A model generated the notes under the pieces. The model was not told where the DNA came from. It saw only the letters and a program-made list of their open reading frames with translations, and made no database searches. A program made the translations under genes and the position numbers. A stretch of 64,000 nt of DNA from Ranitomeya imitator. Taxonomy: Eukaryota. This document shows, in pieces, positions 1 through 11,717 of the stretch (within the stretch, counting starts at the first letter, position 1; every line of letters starts with the position of its first letter). The stretch is taken from the NCBI RefSeq assembly GCF_032444005.1, contig NC_091282.1, positions 419,926,001-419,990,000 of the forward strand, given 5' to 3'.

Positions 1-77
1 CACATGGGAAGCATCTCATTATTGAGTCGTTGCTGTATGTGTTATCTGGACAGTTCGAATAACAGAAATTCTGAAAC
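1..77 (-). CDS. PCSK5: PCSK5 (PC5B) coding exon, 3' part runs off the window: (M)FQNFCYSNCPDNTYSNDSIMRCFPC...
   Basis: Acceptor tttcttcgcAG at 79-78. One nt completes the phase-2 codon AT|G from the 10571 exon. Cys spacing matches recalled human PC5B FDHHCYKTCPEKTY...C..C. Confidence 0.88.
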
Positions 78-999
78 CTGCGAAGAAACATAATGTGGTT
101 ATCCATAAAAGAGGTGTACAACAATATTACTCAAGTTCCGTTAAAAAGATTAAATATCTGACAATTTTGTCTGGAAATGTGCTGATAATACCAAGTGCAA
201 AAATGGGAGTTGTTAGCACAAAAAGACTAATGCTGGGCATTGCTGAGCAGTTCAGTACACCTTTCCACCATCTCATTCTTCATCCACTTCTACTCTTCCT
301 TGGCCCCTATAAGGCCTGAGCTGTCAATCAAGGAAGATAGGGGCAAAGATAGATACAAAACAAGTAGATGGGGAGGTGACTGCATGGTTTGGTAACTTAG
401 TGTGCCCCGAGCGCCTGTGCTTGGTTTGAACTGCCATTTTGTGCTGATAGAGTACCTATATAAATGAAAATAAATGTGTCGGCTCATTCACAGATTAGAA
501 AAGTTCTATAATTGGTAATATATTAAAATATGGTAGGGGAAAATTATCGTAACTGAAAACAAAAAGTAGAGCAGTTGTCCTAAGTGACCAATCAGGATCA
601 AGCTTACATTTTTAAAACAGCTGGTGAATAGTGAAAACTTTAAGCCGATTGGTTGTTAAGGACAGCTCCTTCAATTGTTTTCTGCATAAGTCCTGATGAA
701 AGTAGACAGATCTCTTATGAAGTGATTAGCACTAGGGAATCTAACCCAAATTCCACAAGTACGTATGGAGTTAAAGGAGTTGTTCAGGTTTCGAAAAACA
801 TGGCTGCCTGCTTGTAAAACTATTAGGCTGGAGTCACACTAAATGTATGAAAAATCAGTCCAAGTCTCCCTACCGAGAGTCACACGAGTGTAATGCGATT
901 ACAATCTGATTTTTCACACCTAGCAGCCGATTTACATCCAAATGAAGAGTAATTTTCTAAGTCATTTACACATAGATCTCAAAGGAAAAATTCTTCAAA

Positions 1000-1017
1000 A
1001 CACACACACACACACAC

Positions 1018-1054
<37 letters not shown>
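1000..1054. repeat. (CA)n-(TA)n microsatellite
   Basis: Direct reading. Confidence 0.95.
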
Positions 1055-1055
<1 letters not shown>

Positions 1056-2993
1056 CCGTATATACTCGAGTATAAGCTGACCCGAGTATAGGCCGAGACC
1101 CCTAATTTTGACACAAAAAAACTGGGAAAACTTAATGACTCGAGTATAAGCCTGGGTAGGAAATGCAGCAGCTACCGGTAAATTTCAAAAATAAAAATAG
1201 ATACCAATAAAAGTAAAATTCATTGAGACATCAGTTGAATAAATGTTTTTGAATATCCATATTGAATCAGGAGCCCCATATAATACTCCATACAGTATAT
1301 GATGGGCCCCATAATATGCTCCATACAAAATACGCCCCATATAATTCTCCATAAAGTTTATGATGGGCCCCATAAGATGCTCCATACAAAATATGCCCCA
1401 TATAATGCTTCATACAGTTTATAATGGGCCCCATAAGATGCTCTATAATAAAATATGCCCCATATAATGCTGCACAAAGGTTAATAATGGCCCCATAAGA
1501 TGCTCCATAGAAACATTTGCCCCATACAATGCTGCATAAAGGTTAATAATGGCCCATAAGATGCTCCATAGAAACATTTGTCCCATACAATGCTGCATAA
1601 AGGCTGATTATGGCCCCATAAGATGCTCCATAGAAACATTTGCCCCATATAATGCTGCATAAAGGTTAATAATGGAACCATAAGATGCTCCATAGAAACA
1701 TTTGCCCCATATAATGCTGCATAAAGGTTAATAATGGCCCAATAAGATGCTCCATAGAAACATTTGTCCCATACAATGCTGCATAAAGGCTGATTATGGC
1801 CCCATAAGATGCTCCATAGAAACATTTGCCCCATATAATGCTGCATAAAGGTTAATAATGGCCCCATAAGATGCTCCATAGAAACATTTGCCCCATATAA
1901 TGCTGCATAAAGGCTGATTATGGCCCCATAAGATGCTCCACAGAAACATTTGCCCCATACAATGCTGCATAAAGGCTGATTATGGCCCCATAATATGCTC
2001 CATAGAAACATTTGCCCCATACAATGCTGCATAAAGGTTAATAATGGCCCTATAAGATGCTCTATAGAAAAATGTGCCCCATACAATGCTGCATAAAGGT
2101 TGATTATGGCCCCATAACATGCTCCATGGAAACATTTGCCCCATATAATGCTGCATTAAGGTTGATTATGGCCCCATAAGATGCTCCATAGAAACATTTG
2201 CCCCATATAATGCTGCATAAAGGTTTATTATGACCCAATAAGATGCTCCATAGAAACATGTGCCCCATATAATGCGGCATAAATGTTGATTATGGCCCCA
2301 TAAGATGCTCCATAGAAACATGTGCCCCATATAATGCTGCATAAAGGATGATTATGGCCCCATAAGATGCTCCATAGAAACATGTGCCCCATATAATGCT
2401 GCATAAAGGTTGATTAAAAAAAATGGCATACTTACCTCTCGATGCTCAGGCCCCCGACACTTGCGATATTCACCTGTCCCCGTTCCACCGCCGGGCGCCG
2501 CTCCGTCTTCTGGGTCTCTCTGCTGTGACTGTTCAGGCAGAGGCCGCCCACTAATCATTTCATCGCGCCCTCTGACCTGAACGTCACGGCCAGAGGACGC
2601 AGAAGATGGAGCGGCATCCGGCGGTGCAACAGGGACAGGTGAATATCGCACAATGCTCACCCTCCCCATTATACTCACCTGCTCCCGGCGTGGTCCCTGC
2701 TTCTCACTGACAGATGGTCTCGGCGCCGGCAGCTTGTTCCGGTGTTCAGAGTACTGGTACCGCTCATTAAAGTAATGAATATGCGTCCATCACATGACCG
2801 CTGAACACAGGTAGAGATGCCGGCACCCGGAGACCATCGGAGATACAGGGAACGCGCCAGGAGCAGGTGAGTATGTGACAGCTGCCGCTCCCCCACGACC
2901 CCCTGGGACAATGACTCGAGTATAAGCCAAGAGGTGCACTTTCAGCCTAAAAAAATGTGCTGAAATTCTCGGCTTATACTCGAGTATATACGG
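1055..2993. mobile_element. Non-autonomous Tc2/pogo-like DNA transposon with internal minisatellite
   Basis: TIRs CCGTATATACTCGAGTATAAGC(T/C)GA and TCGGCTTATACTCGAGTATATACGG, flanked by TA. No transposase ORF. Confidence 0.8.
1275..2415. repeat. ~59-60 bp minisatellite, about 16 regular copies plus degenerate copies on the left
   Basis: Unit ~gccccatataatgctgcataaaggttgattatggccccataagatgctccatagaaacattt, itself built from two ~30-bp gccccata sub-units. Explains ORFs 1185-1385 and 1481-2086. Confidence 0.95.
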
Positions 2994-3113
2994 TAGATAG
3001 AATAAAAGCCGGCAATTCATGTAAAATCACAGTGACAGGTTAGAATAGAATAGATATACCGTATACACATAGAAAACATAGATATATAGATGTCAGTGAC
3101 ACATATATATATA

Positions 3114-3646
3114 CAGCTCTGGCAAAAATTAAGAGACCACTGCAAAATGTTCAGTTTGTCTGATTTTTCTCTTTATAGGTATATTTTTGAGTAAAATGTA
3201 AATTGTTCTTTTAGTCTATAAACTTCTGACAACATGTCTCCGAAGTTCCAAGCAGTAAATTTTGTATTTTTTTTTCTGAAACGGAGAAATTTTCAAAAAA
3301 ACAAACAAACAGTGCTTTCAGACTTCAAATAATGCAAAGAAAACAAGTTCATAATCATTTAGAAACAACAATACTAATGTTTTATCTCAGGAAGAGTTCA
3401 CAAATCAATATTTTGTGGAATAACCATGATTTTTAATCACAGCTTTTATGCGTCTTGGCATGTTTTCCACCAGACTTTCACACGGCTTCTGGTGCAAACA
3501 TTTAAGCAGTTCGTCTTTGTTTGATGGCTTGTATCCATCTTCCTCTTGATTACATTCCAGAGGTTTTCAATGGGGTTCAGGTCTGGAGATTGGGCTGCCC
3601 ATGACAGGGTTTTGATGTGGTGGGCTCTTAATTTTTGCCAGAGCTG
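3114..3646 (-). mobile_element. Internally deleted Tc1 derivative (533 bp)
   Basis: TIRs CAGCTCTGGCAAAAATTAAGAG / CTCTTAATTTTTGCCAGAGCTG with TA TSD. Minus-strand remnant [18 protein letters not shown]. Confidence 0.88.
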
Positions 3647-3673
3647 TATATACTGTATATATATATATATAAA

Positions 3674-5262
3674 CATTACCGTTCAAAAGTTTAGGGTCAC
3701 CCAGACAATTTAGTGTTTTCCATGAAACCTCATACTTTTATTAATAAAATGAGTTGCCAAATGAATTGAAGATCTAGTCCAGACATTGACAAGGTTCGAA
3801 AAAAAGATTTTTATTTGAAATAATAATTTTCTCCTTCAAACTTTGCTTTCATCAAAAAAGAATGCTCCCATTGCAGCAATTGCAGCATTGCAGACCTTTG
3901 GCATTCTAGCAGTTAATTTGCTGAGGTAATCTGGAGAAATGTCACCCAATGATTCCATAAGCCCCTCCCACAAGTTGGTTTGGCTTGATGGGCATTTTTT
4001 GCGTACCATACGGTCAAGCTGCTCCCACAACAGGTCAATGGGGTTGAGATCTGGTGACTGCGCTGGGTTATCTATTACAGATAGAATACCAGCTGCCTGC
4101 TTCTTCCTAAATAGTCAGTGCATAATTTAGAGGTGTGCTTTGGGTCATTGTCCTGTTGTAGGATGAAATTGTCTCCAATCAAGCTCTGTCCACAGGGTAT
4201 GGCATGGCGTTGCAAAATGGAGTGATAGACTTCCTTATTCAAAATCCCTTTCACCTTGTACAAATCTCCTACTTTACCAGCACCAAAGAAACCCCAGACC
4301 ATCACATTACCTCCTCCATGCTTGACAGATGGCGTCAGGCACTCTTCCAGAATCTTTTCAGTTGTTCTGCGTTTTACAAATGTTCTTTTGTGTGATCCAA
4401 ACACCTCAAACTTGGATTTGTCTCTCCATAACACTTTTTTCCAATCTTCCTCTGTCCAATGTCTGTGTTCTTTTGTCCATATTAATCTTTTCCTTTTATT
4501 AGCCAGTCTCAGACATGGCTTTTTCTTTGCCTCTCTGCCCTGAAGGCCAGCATCCTGGAGTCGCCTCTTCACTGTAGACGTTGTCACTGGCGTTTTGCTT
4601 GTACTATTTAATGAAGCTTCCAGTTCAAGACCTGTGAGGCGTCGATTTCTCAAACTACAGACTCTAATGTACTTGTCTTGTTGCTCAGTTGTGCAGCGAG
4701 GCCTCCCACTTCTCTTTCTCCTCTGGTTAGAACCTGTTTGTGCTCTCCTTTGAATGGATTAGTACACACCATTGTAGGAAATCTTCAGTTTCTTGTCAAT
4801 TTCTCACATAGAATAGCCTTCATTTCTAAGAACAAGAATAAACTGTCGAGTTTCACATGAAAGTTATTTTTTTCTGGACATTTTGAGAGTTTAATGGAAG
4901 CAACAAATGTAATGCTCCAGATTCTCAACTAGCTCAAAGGAAAGTCAGGAAAGCTCAAAGGAAAGTCAGCCAAAGTGTTTTCAGCTGTCCTAACATACTT
5001 GCACAAGGGTTTTCAAGGGTATTCTAACCATTCATTAGCCTTCACTGAACACTGAAGTGATGGTTGTTAGAAATGGGCCTCTATACACCTATGAAGATAT
5101 TGCATTACAAACCAGATGTTTGCAGCTAGAATAGTCATTTACCACCTTAACAATGTATAGAGTGTATTTCTGAATCATTTAATGTTAGCTCTATTGAAAA
5201 AACTGCTTTTCTTTCAAAAATAAGAACATTTCTAAGTGACCCTAAACTTTTGAATGGTAGTG
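3674..5262 (-). mobile_element. Full-length but decayed Tc1 transposon
   Basis: TIRs CA(C/T)TACC(G/A)TTCAAAAGTTTAGGGTCAC at both ends. Frameshifted transposase ([29 protein letters not shown]). Confidence 0.9.
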
Positions 5263-5273
5263 TATATACAGTA

Positions 5274-5316
<43 letters not shown>

Positions 5317-5321
5317 AATAA

Positions 5322-5574
5322 ACTTTATTTTTATATAGTGCTAACATATTCTGCAGCGCTTTGCACACATTATCATCACTGTCCCCGTTGGGGCTCACAA
5401 TCTAAATTCCCTATCAGTATGTCTTTGGAATGTGGGAGGAAACCGGAGTACCCGGAGGAAACCCATGCAAACACGGAGAGAACATACAAACTCTTTGCAG
5501 ATGTTGTCCTTGGTGGGGTTTGAACCCAGGACTCCAGCGCTGCAAGGCTGCTGTGCTAACCACTGCGCCACCGT
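5322..5574 (-). mobile_element. tRNA-derived SINE (V-SINE-like) with L2-type 3' tail
   Basis: Minus strand: A box TGGCGCAGTGG, B box GGGTTCAAACC, central GTTCTCTCCGTGTTTGCATGGGTTTCCTCCGGGTACTCCGG domain, tail AAAGCGCTGCAGAATATGTTAGCACTATATAAAAATAAAG. Confidence 0.8.
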
Positions 5575-5584
5575 AATATATATA

Positions 5585-7142
5585 TACTGCTCAAAAAAAT
5601 AAAGGGAAGACTAAAATACCACATCCTAGATATCTCTGAATGAAATATTCCAGTTTCAAATTTTTATTCATTGCATAGTGGAATGTGTTCAGAACAATAA
5701 AACATAACAATTATCAATGTAAAGCAAAATTAATGTCCCATGGAGGTCTGGATTTGGAATGATACTCAAAATCAAAGTGGAAAATCAAATTACAGGCTGA
5801 CCCAACTTCAGTGGAAATGCCTAATGACAAGGAAAAGATGCTCAGTATTGTGTGTGGCCTCCACATGACTGTATGACCTCCCTACTGTACAACGCCTGGG
5901 TATGCTCCTGATGAGGCGGCAGATGTTCTCCTGAGGGATCTCCTTCCAGACCTGGACGAAAGCATCCTCCAACTCCTGGACAGTCTGTGGTGCAACATGA
6001 CGTTGGTGGATGGAGCGAGACATGATGTCCCAGATGTGCTCAATCGGATTAAGGTCTGGGGAACGGGCGGGCCAGTCCATAGCTTCAATGCCTTCATCTT
6101 GCAGGATCTGCTGACACACTCCAGCCACATGAGGTCTGGCATTGTCCTGCATTAGGATGAATCCAGGGCAAACTGCACCAGCATATGGTCTCACAAGGGG
6201 TCTGAGGATCTCATCTCAGTACCTAATGGCAGTCAGGCTACCTCTGGCAAGCACATGGAGGGCTGTGCGGCCCTCCAAAGAAATTTCACCCCACACCATT
6301 ACTGACCCACTGCCCAACCGGTCATGCTGAAGGATGTTGCAGGCAGCAGATCGCTCTCCACGGCATCTCCAGACTCTGTCACATCTGTCACATGTGCTCA
6401 GTGTGAACTTTCTTTTGTCTGTGAAGAGCACAGGACGCCAGTGGCGAATTTGGCAATCCTGGTGTTCTGTGACAAATGCCAAGCAACCTGCATGGTGTTG
6501 GGCTGTGAGCACAACCCCCATCTGTGGACGTCGGGCAATCAGACCATCCTCATGGAGTCGGTTTCTAACCATTTGTGCAGACACATGCACATTTGTGGTC
6601 TGCTGGAGGTCATTTTGCAGGGCTCTGGCAGTGCTCCTCCTGTTCCTCCTTGCACAAAGGCGGAGGTAGCGGTCCTGCTGCTGGGTTGTTGCCCTCCTAC
6701 GGCCCCCTCCACATTTCCTGGTAGCGCCTCCAGCCTCTGGACACTATGCTGACAGACAGAGCAAACCTTCTTGCCACATCTTACATTGATGTGCCATCCT
6801 GGATGAGCTGCAATACCTGAGCCACTTGTGTGGGTTGTAGAGTCCGTCTTATGCTACCACGAGTGTGAAAGCACAACCAACATTCAAAAGTGACCAAAAC
6901 ATCAGTCAGAAAGCTTTGGTACTGAGATGCAGTCTGTGGTCCCCACCTGTAGAACCACTCCTTTATTGAGGGTGTCTTGATAATTGCCAATAATTTCTGT
7001 CATCTATTCCATTTGCACAACAGCATGTGAAATTGATCGTCAATCACTGTTGCTTCCTAAGTGAACAGTTTGATTTCACAGAAGTTTGATTTACTTGGAG
7101 TTATATTCTGTTGTTTAAGTGTTCCCTTTATTTTTTTGAGCA

Positions 7143-7145
<3 letters not shown>
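5585..7145 (-). mobile_element. Decayed DD34E Tc1-family transposon, copy 1 of 2
   Basis: TIRs (C)ACTGCTCAAAAAAATAAAGGGAA. Transposase pieces VLFTD, QDNARPH...34 aa...NPIE. Confidence 0.9.
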
Positions 7146-7191
<46 letters not shown>

Positions 7192-7268
7192 GAAAGTGAA
7201 AAAGCAGCAACCAAATAGTTACAGGGCATAGAGGCTTCCCAGGCATGTACCAATCCTAGTAAATATAG

Positions 7269-7474
7269 CCACAAAAAATGGAAGCAGCACACCATAGTAG
7301 AGTCAATTCATGTGCAGCTTAATTGCCCATCTGGTGACGCTTTGGTCCCCCCCAAAAAATGGACCCTTTTCAAGCTTCAAAATGTCCATTTTTTTGGGAC
7401 CAAAGCGTCGCCAGATGGGCAATTAAACTGCACGTGAATTGACTACTATGGTGTGCTGCTTCCATTTTTTGTGG
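7269..7474. repeat. Foldback palindrome (~95-bp arms), Penelope-pLTR-like
   Basis: CCACAAAAAATGGAAGCAGCACACCATAGTAG... pairs with ...CTACTATGGTGTGCTGCTTCCATTTTTTGTGG. The minus-strand centre resembles a degenerate hammerhead (CTTGAAAAGGGTCC...GGACCAAAGCGTC). Confidence 0.8.
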
Positions 7475-7489
7475 ATACATATAATATAG

Positions 7490-8600
7490 ATAAATAAATA
7501 GAAGAAAAGCTGGCAATTCAGAAGCTGTGTACTGTAAAATCACAGCAGGAGCCGACAGGATAGAAGAGATGGATTACATACAGTAAATACAAATAGAATA
7601 GATAGATATACAGATGTCAGTGACAAATACAATTAGTACAGTGTGTGGCAGCTTACTGTACATGTATTTAATTAATAAAAGATGAAAAATGGCGTGGGCT
7701 CCAGCATAATTTTCTTATCCAACAGAGTGGAAGCCGATGGCTGGGGGCCGATGTTTATAGCCTAGGAAGGGGGTAGTACCCATGGAGCTTCCCAAGCAAT
7801 TAATATCAGCTCACAACTGTATACTTAGCCTTTACTGGGGGACCCTAAAAAAAATGATGTAGGGTACCCCTATAATTAATAACCAGCAAAGGCTATGCAG
7901 ACAGCTGTGGGCTGATATTAATAGCCTAGGAAGGGGTCATGAATACTGGCCCCCCGAGCTAAAAACATCAGCTCTCAGCTGCCACAGAATAGGTGCATCT
8001 CTAAGGTGTGCCAATTCTGGCACTTAGCCTTGCTCTCCCCACTTGCCCTGTAGCGATGGCAAGTGGGGTGATAGTGGGGGTTGTGTCACCTTTGTATTGT
8101 CAGGTGACATCAATAATAATAATAATTATAATATTGTATAGAAACACAGACACCCAGAATAAAGTCCCTTAATTGAAAGAATGACTCCTTTAATAAATCT
8201 TAATTTAACCATACTTACAATCTCGCCCATTCCAGCAACGTCATTGTCATCTGTAAAAGAGTTAAAAAAACACAAGCAACGATATTCCTTACTTTTCCAC
8301 AGAGATGATGATAATCCATTTGTCCGATGATGGGTCTAGCTCTGCTACATCTAAATCGCAGGCTGCATGGTTGCATGATGCGACCATACAGCCTGTCATC
8401 CAGCAGAGACACTGAGCAGCGTGTGCTGAGTGTTTCCCTGTGAACTCCTATTCCTTGTCTGAGGGCACCGCGAGCATGAGAATGTTCTCCTGCTCGCGGT
8501 GCCGTCGGTCAGGTTCTGGGAGTTCACAGCCAATGAACTCACTTCACCTATGTGACGTTAGCATGAGCGCAGTTGGACTAACCTCTCCAACATTCACTTC
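7490..8600. mobile_element. Internal part of a large non-coding repeat family
   Basis: Reverse-complement similarity to 55010-55440 (e.g. aaaaatggcgtgggctcc, ggctattaatatc, tctggcacttagcc). No coding capacity. Confidence 0.5.
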
Positions 8601-8631
8601 AGCCAGGAGTAAAAATGTCCTGCATCCAGCA

Positions 8632-9657
8632 CTTTGACCCACATAAGATTTTGTTACCAATATTGCAATTCAGATTGGGCCTTATGAAAAACTTTATAAA
8701 GGCAACTGATAAAAATGCAAAAGCATTCAAGTATTTAATTGATACATTCTCAAGGTTCAGTGAAGCAAAGATAAAGGAAGGAGTCTTTATTGGACCTCAG
8801 ATTCGTAAGCTTCTTCAAGACGAGTAGCTTCTCCTTTTGTCGCAAGGCAAGGAAAAGGCTGCATGGGTAGCAATCGCATTAATGGTAAGCAGTTTTTTGG
8901 TAAATTCAAGCGCAGATAACTTTGAAGTGTTGGTGGAAAATTTCCTCAAAACATACAGTGGGGAAAAAAAGTATTTAGCCAGCCAACGATTGTGCAAGTT
9001 CTCCCACTTTATAAGATGAGCGAGGCCTGTAGTTGACATCATAAGTAGACCACAACTATGAGAGTCAAAATGAGAAAACAAATCCAGAATATCATCTTGT
9101 CTGATTTGGCAAGATTTATTTAGCAATTTATGGTGGAAAATAAGTATTTGGTCATTAACAAAAGTTCATCTCAATATTTTGTTATATTTCACCAAATATT
9201 GTGGCTATGGAAACAAGATATCAAGGAAAATGGAATCCATCATTGCTAGCAGATTACTGTTGGACAATTGTAAGGGATGATCCAATGCAGGAGTACAAGA
9301 GACAAGCAAAAAAGGATTTGTCACTGAATGTAGAGTACATTTTGTAGTGCAATTGCTGTATCTGTTTATAATTCGCAATAGTGTTTAGACATGTTTCAGT
9401 TATTTGAACTGTTGCTAAGTTTCCTCTAAATAAATATTAGAAAATTGTCATAACAAAATATTCTGCATTTTTATATTTGCAAAAATAATAATGTTTCAAA
9501 GTGCTGAAACTTTTATGCATTAATTATATTTAGCAATAAAAGGCTTTGATATCATAGAAAGAAGAGCCAACTAAAAATTTTTATTGTCAAATTTGAATTC
9601 GGGAGGTCAAAATCATTCAGAAATGGCTAATTTCATAACTGAATCTCACAACTTGTG
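8632..9657 (+). pseudogene. Transposase remnant of a Chapaev3/CMC-like DNA transposon, 5'-truncated and interrupted by a Tc1 end
   Basis: DPHKILLP.L..RLGLMKNFIKA.DK...AKIKEGVFIGPQIRKL, then after the Tc1 piece FHQ.IVAMETRYQGKWNPSLLADYCWTIVRD. Putative 3' terminus ...ACTTGTG. Superfamily assigned from recalled motifs. Confidence 0.7.
8956..9187. mobile_element. Solitary Tc1 IR/DR terminal repeat (~230 bp)
   Basis: TA|CAGTGGGGAAAAAAAGTATTTAGCCAG...GGAAAATAAGTATTTGGTCA, homologous to the TIR of the element at 56488. Confidence 0.85.
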
Positions 9658-10105
9658 AAAATATGTAGAATGGTGAAACCGGTCACCTGATTTATCATAG
9701 CCAGACCAAGGGCAGCAAGAATCAGAGCTTATCAGGGCATGACTGCATGAATTATATATTTTTCTCTGAAACGCTAAGGCATTTAAAGATCCCAGTGCTT
9801 CTGCTGGTCATTGACAGGTCTGTCCCTCATGTTACATATGGAGAGCTATGAAAGGCGTTGACCCATTTTTTAAAATAAATTCTTATGTAGATATTACCTG
9901 CCTTTTTGAGACGCACACAGCAGCGCTTTATCACCCCCTTTTTTATAACACTTTTTTTTACATTTTTTTTTGTTTATGTGACTTCCGCCTCAATACTAAA
10001 GCATGGGGAGAGTTTGCTAATCTGAAGAGCGGTAATGTCACTCAGAAGAGGAGCAGAACAGCGCTGTATCCCAGAAAAGGGGGCAGTAGGTGAGTTTATT
10101 AACAC

Positions 10106-10373
10106 TAGTGATGAGCGAATATACTCGTTACTCGAGATTTCACGAGCACGCTCGGGTGTCCTCCGAGTACTTTTTTAGTGCTTTAGCCAGCATAAGTACA
10201 TGTGGGGGTTGCCTGGTTGCTAGAGAATCCCCACATGTACTTATACTGGCTAACAGATGTAAATCATTCAGCTGAGGTGATGAAAACTAAATCTCCGAAC
10301 ACTAAAAAATACTCGGAGGACACCCAAACGTGCTCGGGAAATCTCTAGTAACGAGTATATTCGCTCATCACTA
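10106..10373. mobile_element. hAT-type MITE
   Basis: TIR TAGTGATGAGCGA..., palindromic body, perfect 8-bp TSD ATTAACAC (10098-10105, 10374-10381). Confidence 0.92.
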
Positions 10374-10570
10374 ATTAACACACATATGCACAGATTTAGT
10401 AAAAAAAAAAATCTGAAAAAAACAAACAAGGCAATCCTGTACAGCTCCTTTAAATCTATGCACTCTTGTGAGCTGGTATAATTTAATGTGTGGCCCTAAT
10501 TTATGTAATACATGTATTTTTGCCTTTACATAAATGAATATGCACTTTATTAATTAAAGGGTAAACTTAC

Positions 10571-10613
10571 ATATAATAACGGGTAAAGCAGGAAGAACAC
10601 AGATCAGGATCAT
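10571..10613 (-). CDS. PCSK5: PCSK5 43-nt coding mini-exon: (D)DPDLCSSCFTRYY(M)
   Basis: Acceptor ctctttattctAG (10615-10614), donor GTAAGT (10570). Phase 1 in, phase 2 out, matching neighbours. Homologous to recalled human DDPGTCTSCAMGYYR. Confidence 0.9.
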
Positions 10614-10991
10614 CTAGAATAAAGAGATACATTATTATAACATTTCTGAAGATTCATTACCTAATAGCAGCTAATTGGAAGAGTGTTAGGAAATGCAGAT
10701 TATGAATTGAGATTAATGTCGGTGCGTTATCATTCCATTTTAACACACTAATGGTAGTTAAAGAAAAGACATAAACTGGATGTGTAGGACAGGTGAAGGC
10801 CAATGTCCGCTGCATACTGTGTAAAATAAATGATCGCAGCAGTCTATCCACTCTCATCTGTGGACTTCCAGACATGGACCAAATTAAAGTGATTTATCCA
10901 TGATTGTTATGGCACAAAGCCCTGCCTATAAATGCCACATTATCAATCAAATGGGACTAATGCACAGAGGTTAAAGGGAAAGTATCATCAC

Positions 10992-11294
10992 TAGTGATGA
11001 GCGAGTGTACTAGTCGCTCGGGTATTCCCGAGCACTCTCTCGGGTGATCTCCGAGTATTTGTTAGTGTTTGGAGATTAAGTTTTCATCGCCGCAACTGAA
11101 TGATTTACAGCTAGTAGCCAGGCTACATGTGGGGGTTGCCTGGTTGCTAGGGAATCCCCACATGTAATCAAGCTGGCTAATAGCTGTAAATCATTCAGCT
11201 GTGGCTATGAAAACTTCGAACACTAACAAATACTCGGAGATCACCCGAGCGTGCTTGGGAAAACCCGAGCAACGAGTATACTCGCTCATCACTA
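10992..11294. mobile_element. hAT-type MITE, same family as 10106
   Basis: TIR TAGTGATGAGCGAG..., perfect 8-bp TSD ATCATCAC (10984-10991, 11295-11302). Confidence 0.92.
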
Positions 11295-11717
11295 ATCATC
11301 ACAAAATGACCTACTGTTTAAATCAGTTTTTGTGTATTTTTAAATAATTTTTGGCATTTTTTGCGATCTTCATTAAAATAATACATTAAATTACTAATCT
11401 TGCATTTTTTATTCTCGTCATTGTCATTGTTTGTTTTAGCATCATACTTCATATCCTTTCGAAATTAGTTTTCAGGAGTTTTCTTATGAGAGGCAGGATC
11501 ACAATGATTGACAAGACAACACCTCAAACCAGCTGATAACAAAGAATCCATCAATCACAATCGAAATACCAGAATTGCTGTTTTATAATTGCTGCAACTT
11601 CCACAAAAAATGCAATAAAAGTAATCAAAAGATTGCATGTACCCCAAAATGGTATCAATAAAAATATCAGCTCGCCACACAATTTATGTGTCCTCATTCA
11701 GCTCCATCGATGGAAAG

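Larger units (their letters stand above)
826..3112. mobile_element. Left end and fragments of a large non-coding Harbinger-like composite repeat, interrupted by a Tc2/pogo-like element
   Basis: TTA|GGCTGGAGTCACACT start at 826. Segment 2995-3112 (gatagaataaaagccggcaattc...gtcagtgacaca) resembles 7490-7630 and the reverse complement of 58150-58265 and 56350-56470. Confidence 0.4.

Noticed and set aside
290-487. Minus-strand ORF with an apparent acceptor (tttatatAG) as a PCSK5 exon
   Set aside because: No frame gives the expected Cys pattern; the true next exon starts at 77.
693-740. CTGATGA as another hammerhead core
   Set aside because: No correctly placed GAAA, stem III or cleavage triplet follows.
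1185-2086. ORFs of 66 and 201 aa
   Set aside because: They are translations of the 59-bp minisatellite.
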